DNA of 63,978 nt, the filler included, from Trypethelium eluteriae (Eukaryota): NCBI GenBank assembly GCA_051942245.1. It is 4 parts of 4 records of this genome, joined end to end, with 100 filler letters (N's around TTAATTAATTAA, not from the genome) between each part and the next. Parts side by side here need not be neighbours in the genome. Positions count along the whole stretch, not along the records: positions 48,145 to 63,978 come from JAVECL010000638.1; 3 more parts are not named here. One strand, written 5' to 3'. Position 1 is the stretch's first letter. Every line of letters begins with the position of its first letter. Shown here in pieces: positions 56,301 through 63,978 of this stretch. The notes below the pieces were generated by a model. It saw only the letters and a list, made by a program, of their open reading frames with translations. It was not told where the DNA came from and did no database searches. Position numbers and translations under genes: made by a program.

Positions 56301-59300
56301 GTTTGTCTAGAAAGACTTTGGGCGACCAACAACAAGCTCAATGGATCCTTTCCCACCTCCATCAAATCTTCGGCCAACCTGAAAGAGATTGACGTGCGCT
56401 TCAATGCGCTGGACAACATTGATGTTCTAGCAGAGCTTCCGCGTCTCGAAGTGGTCATGGTTGGCCATAACTCGATTTCTGCATTTGAGGGCGCCTTCTC
56501 AAGCATCCGAATGCTCATTCTTGACCACAATCCAGTGACACGGTTTGGCTTGACTGCTCCCGTACCATCGCTTTCAGTCCTGAATCTCGCTTCAGCTCAA
56601 CTCACTCAGTTGCCCGACGACCTGTTCTCGAAGATGCCTGGTCTAGGCAAGCTCGTGCTTGACAAGAACCACTTTGTGTCCTTATCACCACACATTGGAA
56701 GGCTGTCTAGGCTCGAATATCTCAGTGTCGCCAGGAACAATCTCAACAGCCTTCCCGTGGAAATCGGGCATCTTATTGAACTCCGGTATCTGGACCTGAG
56801 AGAGAACAGCCTGGAGCGCCTTCCATCACAAATATGGCACGCGAAGCGCCTAGAAACTCTTAATGTGTCCTCTAACGTTCTAGATGCTTTTCCGAAGCCC
56901 AGCGCTGCACCAGCCCCGCTAGAACAGAATACAACCCCTACTGGAACGCCTAATTTATCTTCGAAGAGAAGTTCGGAAGAGTTGGGGCGCCTGGAAGGTT
57001 TCGCAGAACGAAGGCCAAGTCAAGCCTCAGGAATGTTAAGCGCGAGCGGTTCTCCCAGATCGGTAGAATCTCGCAAAGGCTCGGTTACATCCTTTGCCCA
57101 AAACAGCCGAAAACCTTCAGCAATATCCAGAGCAGGGACCGAAGGAACAATCACACCAATATCTCGGAAGGACTCTTCATTGTCTAACAGACTCCTCACT
57201 ACCTTTGCAGGAGCGCTGCGCCATCTATTCCTTGCCGACAACCGATTAGGTGATGATTCATTTGATGAATTGGCCCACCTCCCGGAACTCCGCATTCTCA
57301 ACTTATCCTACAACGAGCTTTACGATATTCCGCCCCGGAAGATTCGAAGGTGGCCACATCTTACTGAACTCTACTTGTCTGGAAACGATCTCAGCTCATT
57401 CCCAGCAGAGGATTTAGAAGAAGCTAGTTCCTTGAAGGTCATTCACATTAACAGTAACAAATTCCAAACACTCCCTGCAGAGCTTGGCAAGATCACGAAG
57501 CTTAATGTCCTGGACGTAGGCAGCAACGCCCTCAAGTATAACGTCTGCAATTGGCCGTATGATTGGAACTGGAACTGGAACCCAAACCTCCGATATCTAA
57601 ATTTATCTGGCAATAAACGCTTAGAGATCAAGCCCAGCTATTCTTACAATAGCCGTCTCAATGCTAGTGAAACGCGAGATCTGACGGATTTCACGTCTCT
57701 ATCCAGCTTGCGTATCCTAGGATTGATGGATGTGACCCTCATGATCCCATCTGTACCGGATCAAACTGATGATCGAAGAGTCCGGACGTCGGGTTCTATT
57801 CTTGGAAGCATGGCCTACGGGATGGCGGATAGCTTAGGCCGCAACGAGCATCTGTCAACATTAGACCTAGTCTTTCCCCGGTACCAGGGTCACGATGACG
57901 AAACGCTCCTGGGCATGTTCGATGGTCAAGCATCACAGAGTGGAGGATCAAAGGTGGCGAAATTCCTACACGAGAATTTCCAGTATAGATTCGCTCAAGA
58001 ACTTAAAGGGCTCATCGCAGATGAGACACCAGTCGATGCTCTTCGCCGTACATACTTGGCATTGAACAAAGACCTTGCTCTTGCTGCTACGCAATCCATC
58101 GATGCGAAGGAAAACCCGGCGTCGTCAGTCTTGCATAGAGGATCGATTGTAGCTTCACACCTCGGAGAAGATGATCTTCGTTCGGGCAGTGTTGCAACAG
58201 TACTTTACTTGCATGGGATGGAGCTCTTTGCGTCTAACGTAGGTGATGCTCAAGCAATTCTCGTTCACTCAGAAGGTGGACATAAGGTCATCACGCGCAA
58301 GCACGACCCAGCAGAACCCGCTGAGCGAGAGAGAATTCGCGAGGCTGGAGGGTACGTTTCTCGTCATGGCAAGCTCAACGACGTCCTCGAAGTGTCCCGT
58401 GCCTTCGGCTACATCAACCACACGCCCTGTGTGATAGCCGCGCCCAATATCACCCAGATTACAATCAAAGATACCGACGAAATGATCATTGTAGGGTCGA
58501 GGGAACTGTGGGATTACCTAACACCAGACTTCATTGTCGATGTTGCACGCCAAGAACGTGGGGATCTTATGCGGGCTGCTCAAAAACTACGGGATTTGGC
58601 CATAGCGTTCGGCGCCACGAGCAAGATCATGGTGATGATGCTCAGTGTGAGTGACATGAAGCGAAAAGAGCGTCTCCGTCATCGTAGTCACAGCATGTCC
58701 ATGGGACCATCTGGATATGTCGATGAATACTTTACAGCTGCGCGACGAGGCAAACGAGGACGAGACATAGTTGCGGATTCCAAGCTGGCTCGCTTGGATC
58801 AAGAAGTGGAGGCGCCCACCGGCGAAGTTAGTCTGGTATTCACCGACATCAAGAATTCGACTCTCTTGTGGGAAACAAATGCGATCGCCATGAGATCGGC
58901 GATCAAATTGCACAACGAGACGATGCGGCGGCATTTGAGGATTATCGGTGGTTATGAAGTCAAAACAGAAGGAGATGCCTTCATGGTAGCCTTCCCGACC
59001 GTGACCTCGGCCCTGCTGTGGTGTTTTACCATTCAGACCCAGCTACTGGAAGTTCAATGGCCTCAAGAGATCCTCAACAGCGTCAACGGTCAAGAAGTCA
59101 CCGACGCAGACGGCAACGTCGTTTTCCGTGGTCTATCCGTGCGCATGGGTGTACACTGGGGCACTCCAGTGTGCGAAATCGATCCAGTCACCAAACGCAT
59201 GGATTACTTCGGTCCCATGGTTAATCGCGCATCGCGTATCTCCTCTGTCGCTGATGGTGGGCAAATCACTGTGTCTGCTGATTTCATCGCCGAGATTCAG

Positions 59301-60041
59301 AGTCTTCTCGAGACACATATCGAATCAGATCGGTCAGGCTCCAGTGGCTCGGAAGAAACGATAACGGATGACATGATGTCACATGCCATTCGCCGTGAGC
59401 TACGATCACTCTCTAGCCAAGGCTTTGAAGTCAAGGACCTTGGCGAACGACGTCTCAAGGGTCTCGAAAATCCCGAGTACATCTACCTAATGTATCCGCA
59501 CGCCCTAGCCTCACGTCTTGTGATCCAGCAGCAACGTGCCGATGCAGAGGCTGCCGCTGCGAACCAAAATGCTGCCGCTGGGACAAAGACTCGGGATAGT
59601 CGACTTACATTCGACACTCAGAATGTGTGGGACCTCTGGAACGTGAGCTTACGACTGGAGATGTTGTGCAGTGTGTTGGAATGCCCAGGAAGCACACAGC
59701 TCAAGGCACCCGAAACGGCACTACTAGAGCGGATGAAGAACCGGGGTGGTGAGATCACGGACCGATTCTTGATCAATTTTGTGGAGCATCAAATAAGCAG
59801 AATTGAGGTAAGTCAAGCGCTGATACCCTTTGACAAAGGGGTTCTGTCTGTGCCGCAGACTAATCAGTCCTCCCAGACCTGTATCACGACCCTCACTCTT
59901 CGGAATCTTGTCAGGCCATTCCGCAATGGTATGCTCCAGAACGCATGTCCAATGACCGATGTACTTTCGCAGGTTACGGCGCAGCTCAGCGAACTCCAAA
60001 CCTTGAAACAAAGCCTCGACTTTGAGATGGCTCCTGCCTAA
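53310..60041 (+). CDS. CYR1: Adenylate cyclase (RA domain, LRRs, PP2C-like domain, class III cyclase)
   Basis: ATG 53310 (MTRNQ); introns 53459-53619, 54299-54494 and 59808-59876. Motifs WDAPDSWAV, FRIFRTDSTFATL, LRR array, WPYDWNWNWN, LVFTDIKNSTLLWE, YEVKTEGDAFMV, DYFGPMVNRASR. Confidence 0.97.
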
Positions 60042-60827
60042 TCTCTCTACTATACACTCGCGAGTATCCATCAACGACAGACGGTGTTCGCAATACTTCT
60101 TTTACATCTACATTTTCACCCTGAACCATCTCAACTATTAGAGATATAGTCACATTGGCACTTAGCTCTATATCCAGTTGCCATTATGTCATCTACTCTC
60201 ATCATTCCTACCTATCGAAAGGAACTTGGGTATTCAGTTTACTGTTCAGGAAGCGCGCTCTTTCCTCGGGGTGATATATGCTTGGGATCGCTGTGTATGA
60301 TAACGGCCGGCGCATACATTACTATTGTTCGATGGATTTCTGGCTTTTCTTATTCCCAAAGTTTGGTTGTTTCTGTTGTGTCGTTCTGGGCTACAAGTAT
60401 GGGCTGTATGCAATTGGGGAGCGGCTTGGCTCTAGGAGATACGACTTATGGATGTCATGACGAATGGCGTTGCGGCGAGTGCGGCGAGTGTGGTCGTTCC
60501 GCGGCCTATTATTCTTTTGGATAGGGAGATTTAGGCAGTTTTTCAACCGACGCTTGAATACATTCAGCTGCTTGGCGCTTCGATGTTTGGTTCAGACGTA
60601 TGTATGGAGAACAGTATCACTCCTTCTACCGCTCCTGTCTCTCCAGGAAATGGCAGAGGCTAGGCTGATGAAGCTCATTGATTCCTTACTACAAGCACAC
60701 AGAATACGCCCTCCAGGCTCAATCACAGATCCGTATCCACGATGAAGAGCCAAAAGCGAATGCCATCCATGCCATGTGAGACCACGGGCTTTCCCCTGCT
60801 CCCCCTCGATACCATTCGTCCCCTAAT

Positions 60828-62006
60828 TTAAAACACTAACGCTGCACCCTTCGTCTTCTTATCACCACTATTTGACCAAACATTAGCACCGATCCAACCT
60901 CAATGTACGGGACAACTTGACATACCCCAACTCAAAGTGCTTGCATCGCTTCAACGCCAACTGTGCCTTGGTCTTACATGAGGTGCACTCTAGACGCAGT
61001 ACGACCTTCCGTATATTTCAGCGTTGTTCTTTTTCGACACTTCATACAATCACTGACCTTTTTGGTTGTTTTGGCCTTTTCTGAAGAGCACAAAACAGTC
61101 AGCATACTCATATCTAAGATAGTTCCAGGGCTCCGAGGAATATCCTTTGCCTGACATCCGCCACAATTGTCGAATCCGCGGACACTGTCGGGCCTCTAGA
61201 TATTACAGAGATAAGAACGTACTGTGGAACACTGGCTTTGTCTGGCCTCCGTAACTATAGGATTTGGCTGCGTCAGCATCATGATACGGCCACAATGACT
61301 ATCCCTTGTCCCATCAACCTATGGTGTAAGGGCTGAGACTCAAGTCATACTCTCCGCAGAGACCAGACTGTACGCAGCAGCTGCACCAAGGGGACAATGC
61401 GTAGGCAATGCTAAGGTGGGGTGTTCATACCCAGATTGCTTGCGATCATAACGGCGCTTTCCTTGTGCAAAAAGACTGGCCTTGCCAGCTTTGTATTGTC
61501 TTCACTGATGTAAGCAGGAGAGGATTTTTGCAGAAATGCAGAGCTATTCGTACGTGACCTTGTGCTCTGGATTGGGGGTTAAGCGGATATAGGTTATTTT
61601 AGGGTTGAAGGGTGATGATTGGCGTACGAGTGTGTTTTTTGCAATCTTTGCCCGCGCAGTAGGTTCTTCTGGATTTGGGTATGTTTACCTAATAGAAAGC
61701 AATCGTCAGCTCAGATTAGAGTGGTATCAGAAGACAAGACATTAGAATTGGACCAAATTGTGACGCCACTCGAGATCGAAGATTTGGTCTTATTAGCAGC
61801 GATTAACCTTATACGCTTTTGTTGTATTTTTCTCGTCTATCGTGGTATTGTTCAGGTCCTTCATCGCTTTCGATCGTCTGCTATCATGGGAGATATTCGC
61901 AAATCGCCGTATGACTCTGCATCCATCCGTGCCATGGTAACCCAGCTCATGAATACCACCCATCTCACTGGTCCAATATATGTAAAGAAAAGCAGCGACT
62001 TACCAT
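60828..62006 (-). CDS. RPL42: 60S ribosomal protein eL42 (L44/L36a), 8 exons, 106 aa; absent from the ORF track
   Basis: Exons 62006-62004, 61688-61628, 61566-61554, 61499-61431, 61254-61223, 61080-61058, 61005-60926 and 60867-60828 total 321 nt. Product: [106 protein letters not shown]. Confidence 0.96.
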
Positions 62007-62398
62007 CTTGGCGGTCTTGCTGGACAGATATAGAGGTGGTGTTTCAATGATTGTCGTCGTTATATGGATGTGGAGACGACGAATGTGCATGTCTCGCTTA
62101 CGCTTCCCTGGCTGCGGCAAAAACTCGGCAGTTAGTGGTTGTCCTAGTCAACGCTGATCTCGCCAGGCTGACGTCGTACCTTGGTCTGTTTACTTGAACC
62201 TTCCGCCACCTTCCTCACCGTCCTCACCTGCTTCCTTTCACACCTCATCCATTTTCTCACAATATTCCCGTCACTCTCTTGCGACCGTTGACTTTCCATG
62301 CGGGCTTTCTCGGCTTTTTTTGTAATTTCCACGTCCCTAATCTTTCCCTTCTAATAGCTCTTGGCCGTTTCCAAGCGATATCTCGGCACCTATTTACC

Positions 62399-63909
62399 AT
62401 GGCGGACGAGAATTACGATTATCTTGCACCCGATTTCGATCCCAATACACTCACGGTTCCTCGCCTTCGTTCTATCCTGGTTCACCACAATGTTGAATAT
62501 CCGTCGTCGGCGAAGAAGTCGCAGCTCATCGAAATCTTCAATCGGAACGTAGTTCCTCAGGCTGGTAAAATTTTGAGGGAACAGTCGCGTGTCAAACGAT
62601 CGTCAAAAGGCATTGAAGATGTCCCCTCAAGTCAAGCTAGTACAGTAGATGAGGAAGATACCGTACGACAAATGCGACCACCTCCAATCCCGGACACCCC
62701 GCGAAGAGGAAGTCGACGGAGAACGACACCTGCTCAGGTCGATGGATCAACGGACGAGGAGCCCATTAAACAGTCGAGTGCTGGAAGAACACCGGGACGG
62801 CCATCCAAACGAACATCGGCAAAATCAGCTAGGCCCGTCGATGCCGATTCTGGGGTTGAAATGGCGACAGAGAATCTGGCTCCACCCAGACGAGTACGCA
62901 AAAGCACGTCACCTGCTGTCAAGAAAGAAGACCCAGAATATAGCGTTTGGCATAAGACCGATGCTGATGAGAGTCCCTTCACACAGGACAATCCATTTCA
63001 GAGCGGAAGTTCCCCAGCTGAACCTGAGCCTCGTAGGACAAGCGGCGGCAGAAGGAGAAAGACAGAATCAGGAGAGACGGTCGAAGTCCGGAGACGTAGT
63101 AAGCCAATGCGACGCTCCGAGGGCATTTCGGGCAGCCACGAGAATAGACCTGCCATTGATTCTTCCTCCAAAACCATCGAAATGCCCATCGCGCGCATCA
63201 AGCACGAAGAGGACGAGCCTTCTGCCGGTGAAGAGTTCACGCCCGACGAGCAACAAGACCTCGCCGTTGCGCGAGCTCACAACGACAATAAAGACGTTCT
63301 ACCTGCGCGACGACGAGCACGCCCAGCCACAACGTCATCATCGATTCTCAAGCTTGCAACAACTATGGTCTCACTTGCTGCAATCACGGGCTTTGGCCTC
63401 GTATGGCGCCAAGAAAAGATTGAGGTGGGGTACTGTGGCATTGGGCGTCCCCCTACTACCGAAATTAGAGGCGTCGATATCCCAGAATGGGCGTCACTCC
63501 TGCAGCCGCAGTGTGAGCCTTGCCCTCCACACGCTTTTTGTTCTCAAGATCTGGTGACAAGCTGCGAAAATGATTTCGTTCTACAGCCGCATCCTTTGTC
63601 CCTTGGTGGGCTAGTGCCGCTTCCGCCAAGCTGTGAGCCAGATGGGGAGAAGGCCAAGCGAGTACAACTCGTAGTAGACAAGGCAGTTCAAGAGCTCAGG
63701 GAACGAAACGCAAAGTTTGAATGTGGTGAGCTGGTGGACGAGACGACCGGCAAGCAGGCGAATGGCCCGGAACTAGAGGAGACCGCGCTCAAAGCCGAGG
63801 TCAGCAGCATGAAGAAGAAATCCATGAATCAGGAAGAATTCGAGGACCTGTGGAGAAGTGCGCTACCTGAGATCATGAGCCTGGACGAAATCGTCGTAGG
63901 CAGTGACGG
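62399..63909 (+). CDS. SRC1: Inner nuclear membrane LEM/HeH protein Src1/Heh1 (Man1-Src1), 3'-truncated at an intron
   Basis: YLAPDFDPNTLTVPRLRSILVHHNVEYPSSAKKSQLIEIF (HeH/LEM), SPFTQDNPFQ, a TM segment followed by WRQEKIEVGYCG and PQCEPCPPHAFC; GTAAGC donor at 63910. Confidence 0.92.
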
Positions 63910-63978
63910 GTAAGCCGATCCCCATCTCACTACACACCATCCCCAGCACTGCGCGAGACTTCATCCAACGAAACACAC

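Noticed and set aside
60472..60498. Short GCGGCGAGT tandem repeat downstream of adenylate cyclase
   Set aside because: Only 2-3 copies; an ordinary minisatellite in the 3' region.
61689..62003. snoRNA in the 315-nt first intron of RPL42
   Set aside because: No convincing RUGAUGA/CUGA pair or H/ACA architecture could be identified by eye.
1..63978. tRNA, rRNA, CRISPR arrays or transposase genes
   Set aside because: None recognised by eye in this eukaryotic gene-dense sequence; tRNAscan-SE and Infernal were not run.

Overview
Intron-rich filamentous ascomycete (Pezizomycotina) nuclear DNA. The window is not one locus: it is four separate ~16-kb contigs (about 15958, 15948, 15938 and 15834 bp, in decreasing size) joined by artificial N-TTAATTAATTAA-N spacers, so gene order across the spacers has no biological meaning. 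Contig 1 holds the BUD23 3' end, IDH1, a ~190-bp foldback hairpin, an NmrA-like gene, an NF-X1/R3H gene, a WD40-cyclophilin (Cyp15/PPWD1), an HSL-type esterase and a GPI-anchored cell-wall protein. Contig 2 holds an arginyl-tRNA synthetase with a probable mitochondrial presequence, a signal peptide peptidase, an HhH-GPD glycosylase and a cluster of four small glycine-zipper genes resembling the IFI6/IFI27 (ISG12) family, which the ORF track shows only in fragments. Contig 3 holds a PNP_UDP-NACHT-ankyrin NLR-like gene with a single in-frame TAA at the effector/NACHT boundary and RIP-like changes in its repeats, a divergent MFS transporter/TauD dioxygenase pair, an amidase and an ankyrin remnant. 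Contig 4 holds a Pmp3-domain gene, the carnitine carrier, adenylate cyclase, an 8-exon RPL42 missed by the ORF track, and SRC1. The best candidates for new biology are the ISG12-like cluster, the interrupted NLR and the foldback hairpin. All calls come from reading the sequence and recognising motifs; no searches were run.
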